Shown: positions 10,229 to 19,265, counted from the first letter of the stretch. The stretch: DNA of 64,000 bases from Vulcanimicrobiota bacterium (GCA_963795855.1 CAWCIZ010000003.1:672001-736000), one strand, 5' to 3'. Notes: generated from the sequence alone by a model not told the origin. Numbers and translations: made by a program.

Positions 10229-10798
10229 ATGTCGACGAACGCGCTCGGCGCAATTGCAATCGTCCTGATGATCGCCATGGTAGTGACGCGAGTCGCGCTT
10301 CTCGCACGCCGCGGTATCGCAGCGATGAAGTTCGGCGGAACCGACAAAACCGATTTCGTAATTCTGCCTTTCGTGCTTTTTTATCTCTACCTGGTATTTG
10401 CGGGCGCGCTGCACTGGCCGACGGTGATACATTCGACGCTCTTTACGGTACCGTCGCTTTCATGGATCGGTGTAGCTTTATGCGCTGCGGCGCTCGTGCT
10501 GATGCTTGTGACGCTCGTCTCATTCGGCGCGAGCTTCCGCGTAGGGATCGACACGGAACGACCGGACAAACTCGTCACGTCGGGCGTCTTCGCGGTCACG
10601 AGAAACCCAATCTACGTCGCATTCGCCTCGATGCTAATCGGCGAGTTCTTGATACTTCCAAGTTGGATTCTGCTGCTTTACCTGATCGCGGGCGGAGCGC
10701 TTTTTCACCGGCAAGTCTTGCGCGAAGAAGCGTATCTAAGTCTTCACTATGGCGAAGCGTTTTGTAGTTATTGCCGGCGCGTGCGCAGATATCTCTAA
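10229..10798 (+). CDS. Isoprenylcysteine carboxylmethyltransferase / PEMT family membrane protein
   Basis: LVTSGVFAVTRNPIY and REEAYL..YG..F..YC.RVRRYL motifs; start uncertain. Confidence 0.85.
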   Translation: MSTNALGAIAIVLMIAMVVTRVALLARRGIAAMKFGGTDKTDFVILPFVLFYLYLVFAGALHWPTVIHSTLFTVPSLSWIGVALCAAALVLMLVTLVSFGASFRVGIDTERPDKLVTSGVFAVTRNPIYVAFASMLIGEFLILPSWILLLYLIAGGALFHRQVLREEAYLSLHYGEAFCSYCRRVRRYL

Positions 10799-10936
10799 CG
10801 CACGCACCGCAAAGGTATTACGCCGCCGGCCTCGTTGTTTTTACGGCATGCGAAGATGACGATCCCGACGAAGGCGCACCTTGTCAACGACGGTGATGGC
10901 GGCAGCGGCCTAGCCGGATCGATCAGCGACTTCAAT

Positions 10937-11581
10937 TTAATCTCTGATTCGTTCGCGAAACGCTAATTCGTGCCCGTACCTCGGCAATGCGCGCCGCCGA
11001 TGGCGGATCGCGCGAAGCGTCATCTTGCACAAAAGTGATGGTCCGATGCCGAGCAGCGCATAGACCGAGAACCCTTCCGGCGTCGTTGCATTTTGCCGCA
11101 TGAAACCGAACCGTTCCAGTAGGCGCGCGCCCTGAGGCGAAAACGCAACGGCACAAATGTTGGCCCCGAGCGGAGCCTTCGAGCGTTCGATTCCGGACCG
11201 CAGTGCGCGTTTCATCAATCCTCGCAACACGGCGGCGGATCGGTGTTCGGGGCGAATGACTATACCGGAAACGTACCAGTACTTGCAGCCCCGGACGTCA
11301 TCACGCGAGTGGAAGTCGTCAAGCGCGAGCGACCATCCTCCGCTCAAGATGCGCGCAAAGGCGCCGCGATGCAGAGGCCATGAAGTAATTCCTCCAACGA
11401 CGGCGCTCTGAAAAAGCAGCACGTGAACCGCGTCCGGATAGCGGCGCCACCAGCGCGCGTACGCCTCGAATTTTAGCGCGCCCTCACCGTAAAGCGTGCG
11501 GTTGACGTGCCAGAGTTCCTGCAGCCGCGTTTCATCGCGAACGGGTTCGACCGTATATCCCAGGGGAAGGCGCTCGTGCAA
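10937..11581 (-). CDS. GNAT-fold hypothetical protein
   Basis: YVSGIVIRPEHR (motif A-like) and AFSPQGARLLERFGF (motif B-like). Confidence 0.6.
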   Translation of the reverse strand: MHERLPLGYTVEPVRDETRLQELWHVNRTLYGEGALKFEAYARWWRRYPDAVHVLLFQSAVVGGITSWPLHRGAFARILSGGWSLALDDFHSRDDVRGCKYWYVSGIVIRPEHRSAAVLRGLMKRALRSGIERSKAPLGANICAVAFSPQGARLLERFGFMRQNATTPEGFSVYALLGIGPSLLCKMTLRAIRHRRRALPRYGHELAFRERIRD

Positions 11582-11651
11582 GAGCCGCGCGGCGATCGCG
11601 GCAACGCAGCGGAGTGACCCGGCAAGAAGCGCGCGTGAAAGGCGGTTTACG

Positions 11652-11825
11652 TTAGCACTTTCCGGGCGTGTCGGCGCCGGGTGGACAGAAGTCCTTGCCG
11701 CTGTCCGTCGTCAAATCGCCAATCGACGCATCGCTTTGGAATCCGCGGCCGTCGGTGTAGAGTCGAGGAACGAGGTAGGTGCATACAATAGCGGGCGCGC
11801 TGTACGTCATGATTTGATCGCTCAT
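11652..11825 (-). CDS. 57-aa peptide, RiPP-precursor-like
   Basis: MSDQIMTYSAPAIVCTYLVPRLYTDGRGFQSDASIGDLTTDSGKDFCPPGADTPGKC; YxxPxI leader-like motif; TATCAT -10 box 6 nt before the ATG. Confidence 0.5.
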   Translation of the reverse strand: MSDQIMTYSAPAIVCTYLVPRLYTDGRGFQSDASIGDLTTDSGKDFCPPGADTPGKC

Positions 11826-12034
11826 TGCCACATGATACAAGGGAAGTGACCTTTCGCCATGATGCCGCTGTCCGTGCCCGTTGGCCCTAGCACGGTCCGG
11901 GAACGCGTCCGCCGGGCGCCGAGCGTAGGTCATTCATACTACCGCGTGATGGTCCGATATTCTTACGGCACTCCCACGGCACGACCGCGACGTACAGTAC
12001 GCATGCGAAGTGCTTTCGTGAAGGAGTTTCTACT

Positions 12035-12232
12035 ATGCGAACCCTCAGCCGAAACCTCAACCTCTTGGCAGCCGTAGCGTTTTTCGCCAGCGCGGCACTG
12101 CCGTGCACGGCACAGACTCCGCCGCCGGGCGACGCGACTGCCGCCGATCATCCCGCAAACGACCGGCCGTCCGCCGATCAACAAAATCATCGTGATGCGC
12201 GTGCCGCTCAACAATGGATGCAATGTCGGTAG
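12035..12232 (+). CDS. Short or truncated secreted protein
   Basis: AAGGAG RBS and a clear signal peptide but only 65 aa. Confidence 0.4.
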   Translation: MRTLSRNLNLLAAVAFFASAALPCTAQTPPPGDATAADHPANDRPSADQQNHRDARAAQQWMQCR

Positions 12233-12318
12233 TAGCGGCCAAGCGCTTCCGTATCAGCCGGCGCCAAGCCACCATCTGGCTCATGGCTCCTGGAATGTTG
12301 TCGTGATAGGGTGAGCTC

Positions 12319-12849
12319 ATGAAAAACACCATCGGTCACGCAATGCTCCTTAGCTTTGCGACGGTTGCGCTGGTCCTGTCCAGCTCGCAGCCAGGTGTCT
12401 CCGCGATGCCTACGCCGATTCCCGGCGGCGCAAATCAACTTCGAGGCGTAAGCGGAAGTCTTTCGTCTACGTTATTCAACGGCAAAATTCGGATCCGAAA
12501 GATGGCGTTACGGGCCTCCACGGCGGCCGAATACACGCCCGCGGATGGCCAGCGCGGAATAGTGCTGTCCTGGTTAGTTTCCAACGGCACAAAGTCAGAA
12601 CGCACCGGCTATTTTGCGGCATCGCTCGCCGATGCAGACGGCGTGGTCGTCAATGGTAAGCCGGTGACCGTGTACAGCGCATACTACTCGCTGCAACCGG
12701 GCGCGGCTGCGCGGCAAACTATGCAATTCGTATTACCGGCCGCTTATTCACCGACGAAAATTTTGCTTGTCGATCAGGGTGGCCCGGCCGGTCCGGCCTT
12801 TCGCATCGAACTGAAGAGCTCGGACATTCCGTCGCCGGCCGCACCTTAG
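12319..12849 (+). CDS. Hypothetical secreted protein (DUF4352-like Ig fold)
   Basis: Signal peptide; VSNGT..ASLADADG..LQPGAAARQTMQFVLP pattern. Confidence 0.7.
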   Translation: MKNTIGHAMLLSFATVALVLSSSQPGVSAMPTPIPGGANQLRGVSGSLSSTLFNGKIRIRKMALRASTAAEYTPADGQRGIVLSWLVSNGTKSERTGYFAASLADADGVVVNGKPVTVYSAYYSLQPGAAARQTMQFVLPAAYSPTKILLVDQGGPAGPAFRIELKSSDIPSPAAP

Positions 12850-12911
12850 CGTCAACGGCGGTAGATTCGTTGTTCTTGCGGAGAGACGAGCGCTGAAAAC
12901 GAGGAAGACTA

Positions 12912-13238
12912 ATGCGTAAGACATTTTCTATTGGGATCTTTGCGTTCGTGCTGCTGCTCCAGTCTCAAAGCTGGGCCGGCTCCATGGGCAATGGCTCTGC
13001 CACCAGCGGCATGCAAGGCGTTAGCCTTCAACAATTTCGCAATGAATCCGACGCGAAGAAGCATTGCCCGGGCGATACGGTTGTTTGGGGTAGCAGCGCA
13101 AATCGCGGCATCTTTTTCACGAGCGGCGCCGGCCCTTATTCTTCTAGAGCCGGACAGCAAGTGCGCATCGGCGGCTTCTACGCTTGTGAGGCTGATGTGA
13201 AGAAGGCCCCCCGGTTAAAGATCAATTCCGGCGGCTGA
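12912..13238 (+). CDS. Small secreted protein with Cys pair
   Basis: GAGGA RBS, signal peptide, AKKHCPGDTVVW...YACEAD. Confidence 0.7.
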   Translation: MRKTFSIGIFAFVLLLQSQSWAGSMGNGSATSGMQGVSLQQFRNESDAKKHCPGDTVVWGSSANRGIFFTSGAGPYSSRAGQQVRIGGFYACEADVKKAPRLKINSGG

Positions 13239-13385
13239 TCGCGCCGGTTGAAACCTAGGGCAAATGATGCGCCGGCAACAGCAGTTCGCTTGGACCGCAG
13301 ATGGGCTGTGGGAGCTTACGCCTGCTCCGGCATGGCTCGCCGGCGTCAAACGCATTGATGGGTCGTTGATCCGTTTATAGCGAGT

Positions 13386-14105
13386 CTACACAATCAAAGT
13401 TGGACTGCAGCGGCTTTCGTAGGCGTTCGCCAAATCGTGAAGTTCGTGCTTGGCGTCGCCCGTGAACGCCGGTGCATGCATGAGCGCCATGCAAGAAATG
13501 TCGAGGTCGGCCAGTGAGCGGATGGTGGGCGCGGTCACAGCGGTAAGAGCGGTCGCACCAAAGCGATCCTCTGCCTGCATCGCCGGTTCGATTAGACCGT
13601 TTTCGGTCACGGGCGCCGTTCGGCCCGTGCACGTAAAGAGGTCACCGGCAAATAGAGTGCGCGTCGTTTCTTCGTAGATGACCCCGGCGTCCCAACCGTG
13701 GGGAACGTGTGGCGTCGCGATGTAGCGAATGCATTTGCCGCCTAAATCAATCGTTTGCGAACTCTTCATGGGACGCGCCGGGCGGATCGCCTGATCGTTG
13801 ACCGAGACCATGACGCCAATTGCGCCGTGCGCTACAGTTGAGGCCGGTGCTAGTGAAAGCCACTCGTTCATCGCGCCGCATTCGTCCGCTTCATAGTGGC
13901 CGAACATAATCCATCGCAATCTCGATGGCGTCAGGACTTGTGCGACTTGTTCGGCGACCACCGGAAATAACGCCCGCATGCCGGTGTGAAATAGCAGCGG
14001 TTCTTCCGCGTCGATCAAAAACTGGTTGAACACCATACCGGCCTGTGGAACGTATGTCGAAATGCGGTAAATCTGCGGCGCAATCTCATCGAGGCGTGTT
14101 TCCAT
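13386..14105 (-). CDS. MBL-fold metallo-hydrolase, flavodiiron/ODP-like
   Basis: FNQFLI..EEPLLFHTG, GHYEADECG, TPHVPHGWD, LFAGDLF. Confidence 0.85.
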   Translation of the reverse strand: METRLDEIAPQIYRISTYVPQAGMVFNQFLIDAEEPLLFHTGMRALFPVVAEQVAQVLTPSRLRWIMFGHYEADECGAMNEWLSLAPASTVAHGAIGVMVSVNDQAIRPARPMKSSQTIDLGGKCIRYIATPHVPHGWDAGVIYEETTRTLFAGDLFTCTGRTAPVTENGLIEPAMQAEDRFGATALTAVTAPTIRSLADLDISCMALMHAPAFTGDAKHELHDLANAYESRCSPTLIV

Positions 14106-14279
14106 ACGTCAGCACGTTCGACGCTTCGTCGAAATGGCCTTAATTGTCGATAAGGCAAGCAATTGGAAGCAAGCGGCATCGTCACGCTTTGGACATTGTC
14201 CACGCGGTCAGTCGAAACGACCATGAAGGCTAAGCGCGGAGCCGCGGACAAGCTAGGCTGTCCGAAAAACCTTTGAAGA

Positions 14280-14327
14280 AACAAGCCACGGGCGATTAGC
14301 TCAGCTGGGAGAGCGCCTCCCTTACAA
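14280..14327 (+). repeat. Direct repeat: 10-nt leader plus 5' half of tRNA-Val (left att-like site)
   Basis: AACAAGCCACGGGCGATTAGCTCAGCTGGGAGAGCGCCTCCCTTACAA matches 18171-18219 except for one indel; it stops at the end of the anticodon loop. Confidence 0.93.
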
Positions 14328-14871
14328 ATAGGCTTTCGCTATTTTGGCCGCTTCGAGAGAGCGCCGTTTCCTCGCGAAATGGGTGCTTTTTTGTGTCCCT
14401 GAGTGCCGTTTAGTGATCGCAAATGCAGCGAAATGCACCAGCGACAAGGGTAGAAACGAGGGTCAAGAAAAGGTTTCGGCGCTGCGAGTTTGTTAGCCGG
14501 TCATGAAAAGAGTGAACCACGCTAAGTCAGCGTTGTGCACTCAAAAACTTGTTGTGCCATCGCTCCCGCCTGCGAAAACAACGCTGGCAACAAGCGGTCG
14601 GCGCCATTCACTTCATAGCGTTTCATTGCGGTGTTGGTAACACCATGATCTATAGTATGGCGCCGATGGCGCACGTGCCCAAGCTGCTCAGAATAGTCAG
14701 CGTCTCTCGTGTGCGGTTCAGTCGGGTGCGCTGGGGACGCGCATGGTACGCTCCGCTGTGTGTGACGCCTTTCCCTTTCCGACATAATCAAACCAGGCGT
14801 GAAACATCACAAATGTCGCGTCATTACGGACGCGCGTGACGTAAGAGTATTTTGCCTGTCTCGATGGCAGA

Positions 14872-14929
14872 TTGACAACCCGCGCCATTTGTGATTCACT
14901 TGGTTTGTTTTTCAAACTAATTTGAAGTG
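14872..14929 (+). promoter_or_regulatory. Sigma70 -35 (TTGACA) with palindromic operator(s)
   Basis: TTGACA at 14872-14877; GTTTG-N5-CAAAC and TTCAAA-N4-TTTGAA inverted repeats just before the 14927 start. Confidence 0.55.
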
Positions 14930-15511
14930 GAGACGTACTCTGTGGACCCCGAAGAGGCACAGCAGCATCTCTTAATGGTCGACACCATTCTGAGGCGCAA
15001 CGATACACGATCGCGCGCCGCTGCAGCCGCATATATTTTGTGGGGCGTGGGAAGCGCGCTGTACTACGTCTGGTTCATTCAGGCGTTTCGCGCGTTTCTC
15101 GGAATCTGGATCTTTAACGTCGCCTTTGCTGTGACGCTTGCAGCACTCGCGGCTAGCGTGTGGACGTTTCGCCTAGGTGTTCGAGATCGCGTGACGGTCG
15201 CGGATCGTCAGGCTCTCGCAGCCTTTGCGGGCGTCACCGTCGCCATGGTTCTGCTGAAATTGATATGGAATACAAACGGGCTGGTGCCAGGCCCGGCATA
15301 CGGCATCGTGTGGACATTTGGTTTCGCGGTAGCGCTTACGCTGCTCGGTTCCGGCGGCCAGCCAATCCTATTCATGGGCGGCATCGCGCTTTTCTGCGGA
15401 ATTTTCTTCGGTAGTTTGGTTCCTTCGCAACTGGCGGTCGTATTGTTCTTGGCGAATCTCACCGGCATAGCCGGACCCGGCATCTATTTTGCGTTGCGCC
15501 GTAGTCGTTGA
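14927..15511 (+). CDS. Hypothetical multi-pass membrane protein
   Basis: About 6 hydrophobic segments; stop overlaps the next start. Confidence 0.75.
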   Translation: METYSVDPEEAQQHLLMVDTILRRNDTRSRAAAAAYILWGVGSALYYVWFIQAFRAFLGIWIFNVAFAVTLAALAASVWTFRLGVRDRVTVADRQALAAFAGVTVAMVLLKLIWNTNGLVPGPAYGIVWTFGFAVALTLLGSGGQPILFMGGIALFCGIFFGSLVPSQLAVVLFLANLTGIAGPGIYFALRRSR

Positions 15512-15807
15512 TGGATGAAACTCTTCTGTCGAACATCCGGCTGTCAATCATCTCGGAATTGCTCACAAGCACGTGGGTTTCATTTCCCGAGCTCCTTAAG
15601 GCAACCGGCGCCACGAACGGAAACCTTAGCACGCATTTAGCCAAACTCGTCGACGCCGCTTATATCCGCGAAGACAAATCCATTGCCGGCCGCAGGCCGC
15701 TCACGAGATATAGCATGACGCCTGCGGGACGGCGCGCCTTCTTCAACCACTTAGAGGAACTAGAAGCGATTGCGCGCGCAGCGCGCTCCCATAAACGTCG
15801 TCGATAA
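15508..15807 (+). CDS. Winged-helix transcriptional regulator (HTH_34/ArsR-like)
   Basis: RLSIISEL..SFPEL..TGATNGNLSTHLAKL..GRRPLTRYSMTPAGRRAF. Confidence 0.88.
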   Translation: MMDETLLSNIRLSIISELLTSTWVSFPELLKATGATNGNLSTHLAKLVDAAYIREDKSIAGRRPLTRYSMTPAGRRAFFNHLEELEAIARAARSHKRRR

Positions 15808-15822
15808 TCGGCAAAAGGAATC

Positions 15823-16887
15823 ATGAATATCATCATTCGATCGGCTCTAGCCACATCGCTCAGTTTTCTCATCCTCGCCGCTAAGGCGAACGCAGCGCCA
15901 CCAGCAACACCGCCGCTGGTGCCATTTTCTGTGAGCTTCAACCACTTCGACCATCACTGGTTCGAATGGATGCCGAACAACCGCAAATACGAAGCAATCG
16001 AAGCAATGGTTTCCGATGCATCGGACGGCAGCCATGGAATCATCGTTTTCGAAACCGAACGGGCAGCGCCGAAACGGCAAGTATTTTACACCAACGACCG
16101 CGCTTTTGCCGCGACCGGATTTGCGCTGTATCGCGACATTTCCTACCAAGTTGACGGCACAGCCACGGCGCCCCTAAGCATGCATGTGCATCTGCTCGAC
16201 CGGGACGGCGCCCCTGTAGACTGGTCGATTTCGTTCGCATCGGGTTCGGCTCTAGAATCCAAATACGCCGGCTTAACGAATCAAAGCGGGCATAGCGGCT
16301 CCCGGCTCTTCATGCTGTTCTATCGAGAAAAAGACGCTATAACAACGGACAATCATCTCACAATCGGCTCAACGGATTACACCCTGTCCCCAGCGCAGAT
16401 CGCAAAGCTCCCGTTCGGGCCCGCATATCACTCGAATGTCTTTATCGCAACGCTTCCATACGGCAGCGAACACGTTGCGATCCCTGACGCCGGTCATTTC
16501 AATCTCGGAAACGAAGTATATGCAAAGACGCAGAATCCCGATGGTTCAATCGACTGGCACGCTCGCCCGTATCCCGGACATGCCGTTACGCTTCACTTAG
16601 TCAACGGAGGGATCAGGACGTATGCGGTCGAGTCGTATGGTCACAGGTTTGCCGTGACGTTCTCTTCCGCGCTGACACCGCGGCCCGGCGCTACATGCTC
16701 GTTTTCCTTTTCGTTCGACGCGTTCACGAATCTCATGCACGGTACAATCGCAGTTGCGGGGTCCAACTCCGCGCCCCGGGTTGTGTGGATCATCGATTCG
16801 GCGTGGGCGAAAAATCGCCGTTTAGTCACAGAGTATTCAGGCCTTACGCCCTCAGGCTACACGTTCGACTTTAAGACGTTGCCGTAA
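15823..16887 (+). CDS. Hypothetical secreted protein
   Basis: AAGGA RBS, signal peptide, 354-aa beta-rich ORF; no family recognised. Confidence 0.75.
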   Translation: MNIIIRSALATSLSFLILAAKANAAPPATPPLVPFSVSFNHFDHHWFEWMPNNRKYEAIEAMVSDASDGSHGIIVFETERAAPKRQVFYTNDRAFAATGFALYRDISYQVDGTATAPLSMHVHLLDRDGAPVDWSISFASGSALESKYAGLTNQSGHSGSRLFMLFYREKDAITTDNHLTIGSTDYTLSPAQIAKLPFGPAYHSNVFIATLPYGSEHVAIPDAGHFNLGNEVYAKTQNPDGSIDWHARPYPGHAVTLHLVNGGIRTYAVESYGHRFAVTFSSALTPRPGATCSFSFSFDAFTNLMHGTIAVAGSNSAPRVVWIIDSAWAKNRRLVTEYSGLTPSGYTFDFKTLP

Positions 16888-17352
16888 CCGAAGTTGCACG
16901 TTACTGCGAGCACGCTGAGGCGTTGAAAGGATGCGCCCGAGGTACAACGACAATCGAATTGTGCATTCGCCGTTCGCTAAAGCCGTGAAACAAACTGCGG
17001 CTCTGAACGTTGGCGATATTCTTGAGGAGCGCCGATCGTTATCGGCATGTTCCAATCGCTGTACGTTTTGACGTACGCGTCTTGCATGCTGATTGGAGCC
17101 GCCGCCGCGCCGTCGGTCTCATACCATTTTCCTAATACCTTGAGGACTGCTCCGGGTGGCCTGAACCATCGCCCGTAAGTCGCGAACGTGACACTCTTGA
17201 CGCAGGCGAGCGAGACGGACCCGCGCCCCGAAAGCCGCCTGCGTTTCAGGCTTAGCAACCGCGCCGGGACTCTGCGGGGACGGGCGTCTGTTACCCTTCG
17301 AGCACATCACAGGCTCGAGTCGTCCGGCGACTCGTGCTCATTGGAGGTAGCA

Positions 17353-17907
17353 ATGATATTTACTCCAGTAATTTTTGCCTTGGCGACAATCCTTAGTCCT
17401 CAATCCAAAAACGGCGCACCAAATTCGATCTCCAAAGCGAACGCGAGCACCGGGTACGATCGTTACGGCTTCCCCATCCTCAAGCCGGGACTCTGGCTCG
17501 TCACCACTACCGTCAGGGTACCGAAACTAGTCTCGGAAGGGCATCGCTACTGCGTGCCGCAGGCCGATGCCGCGCGAAACCTGATAGTACAGTTTCTGGC
17601 AGCACAGCCGGACGGAGGCTACAAATGTCAGCTTTCGGGGGGCGCCAACGGCTCCGGCAGCGCATCTTGTAGCAGACTCTCGCAATCGTACACGGGCATG
17701 ACGACGATCGCGAATCTCACGTGGACTGCCATGGCGAACCGCCTGCAGACGAGCTTCCAAACGAACGTCGTCGGCAACGTGAAGTTCAGTTCAGCCGATC
17801 CGCGGCAGCCCTCGGGTGAAGTGCCGTTTGATGAAATGATTCTCGGCTGGTATCAAGGGTCATGCATCCCCACACCCCAGCCGACCGAGACAGCGACACC
17901 ACGCTAG
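17353..17907 (+). CDS. Secreted protein, DUF3617-like
   Basis: GGAGG RBS; LKPGLWLVTT...YCV...C...C...WYQGSC pattern. Confidence 0.65.
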   Translation: MIFTPVIFALATILSPQSKNGAPNSISKANASTGYDRYGFPILKPGLWLVTTTVRVPKLVSEGHRYCVPQADAARNLIVQFLAAQPDGGYKCQLSGGANGSGSASCSRLSQSYTGMTTIANLTWTAMANRLQTSFQTNVVGNVKFSSADPRQPSGEVPFDEMILGWYQGSCIPTPQPTETATPR

Positions 17908-18180
17908 CGACACCACGCTATCGATGACATTCAACGCTCTTTAGTTGCGGCGCTCGCGCTGAACAACGCGCGCTAGGGCTGCATGAATCAATGGCGTCTG
18001 CGCGCCCAAGCCACTATCTGGCCCATTGCTTCTACAATGCGGTGCTGATACGGTGAGTGAAGCTGATCCGGGTTGGTGGACTGCGGCAGCCACTTCATTT
18101 AAGAAGGATAACCACCAGCGCGAGGGCCAAAGGGCAGTGCAGACGTCGCGTGACGAAAAAAGTCCGTCTGAACAAGCCAC

Positions 18181-18257
18181 GGGCGATTAGCTCAGACTGG
18201 GAGAGCGCCTCCCTTACAAGGAGGATGTCGGCGGTTCGAGCCCGTCATCGCCCACCA
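18181..18257 (+). tRNA. tRNA-Val (anticodon TAC)
   Basis: Acceptor GGGCGAT/ATCGCCC, D-arm GCTC/GAGC, anticodon stem CCTCC/GGAGG with loop CTTACAA, GGTTCGAG T-loop, encoded CCA. Confidence 0.98.
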
Positions 18258-18269
18258 CTTACCACCTCT

Positions 18270-19085
18270 ATGGATTTGCAAGAACGCACGTACCGAGTTC
18301 ATCACACCAGCGCCTCCGAGAGCGGCGGCATCGCCGTCGTGACGATGGCCGGCCCGAGAAGCGCAACGCGCTCTCGCTCGAACTGATGCGCGAACTCATC
18401 GATGCGTTCCGCGCGATCGGCGCCGATCGCGCCGTTCAAGTCGTCATCCTCCGCGGTGAAGGCCAGGCCTTCAGCGCGGGCCACGATCTGCGCGAGACTG
18501 CAGTGCCGCGACGTCGCCGCCTACCGCGAGATCTTCGACACGTGCGTGGAGTTGATGGAAACCATCCAGTCGATTCCCCAGCCGGTCATCGCCGAAGTCG
18601 CAACGATCGCGACGGCCGCGGGATGCCAGCTGGTGGCAACGTGCGATCTGGCGGTTGCCGCGCAAGAGGCGCGATTCGCCACGCCCGGCGTGCGCATCGG
18701 CCTGTTCTGCACGACGCCGATGGTGGCGCTCTCGCGCAGTATCGGCCGCAAGCGCGCGATGGAGATGCTGCTCACGGGCGACTTCATCGATGCGGCCACG
18801 GCGGCGGAATGGGGCCTGGTTAACCGCGTTGTTCCCGCGGACCGGCTGACTGCGGAAACGCTGGCACTTGCCGGCAAGATCGCCGAGGCAAGCCCCGCGG
18901 TCGTCGGCCTCGGAAAGCAGGCCTACTACGTGCAAATCGACCTCGAGCAAGGCGCCGCCTACGGGTATGCTAAGGAAGTCATGACGCTCAACGCCATGGA
19001 CGGCGACGCGCAGGAGGGTATCTCTGCGTTCGTCGGACGGCGGAAGCCCACGTGGCGGCAAAAAAGACATTCTGTTAATATTTAG
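18270..19085 (+). CDS. Enoyl-CoA hydratase/isomerase family (frameshifted near the 5' end, probably sequencing error)
   Basis: AFSAGHDL, IPQPVIAEV..ATAAGCQLVATCDL, FATPGVRIGLFC, DAQEGISAF. Confidence 0.88.
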
Positions 19086-19135
19086 GTATAAGTCGACCTA
19101 CGCGAAGGGGTCTGCGGCAAGGCCGCTAAACGAAC

Positions 19136-19265
19136 GGGTACTCCGGCACATCTGTGGGCAGTGTCGCGAGGATTACAATAAAAGCGTCGCCCACACCCGG
19201 TATGCGGGAAACCGCATACGCGACGGCAGTGAGGGCTCGCTTTCGGCGGGCCTTCCTGTTTTTTG
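19136..19265 (+). ncRNA. Candidate structured leader RNA / sRNA
   Basis: Several stems, a GAAA tetraloop hairpin and an intrinsic terminator in the intergenic region; no known family recognised. Confidence 0.45.
19231..19265 (+). terminator. Intrinsic terminator ahead of DUF5693
   Basis: GAGGGCTCGC-TTTCG-GCGGGCCTTC stem followed by CTGTTTTTTG. Confidence 0.7.

Larger units (their letters stand above)
14280..18219. mobile_element. Integrase-less genomic island at tRNA-Val
   Basis: Flanked by 48/49-bp direct repeats; interior looks more AT-rich and holds only accessory genes. Confidence 0.75.

Noticed and set aside
14290..14327. Second tRNA-Val gene
   Set aside because: Lacks the 3' anticodon stem, T-arm and acceptor strand; it is an att fragment.
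14522..14839. Short ORFs at the island left end (and 16977-17258)
   Set aside because: No RBS or recognisable motifs; possibly decayed fragments.
19136..19265. T-box riboswitch for ileS
   Set aside because: No GGTGGnACCGCG T-box consensus or recognisable specifier stem.
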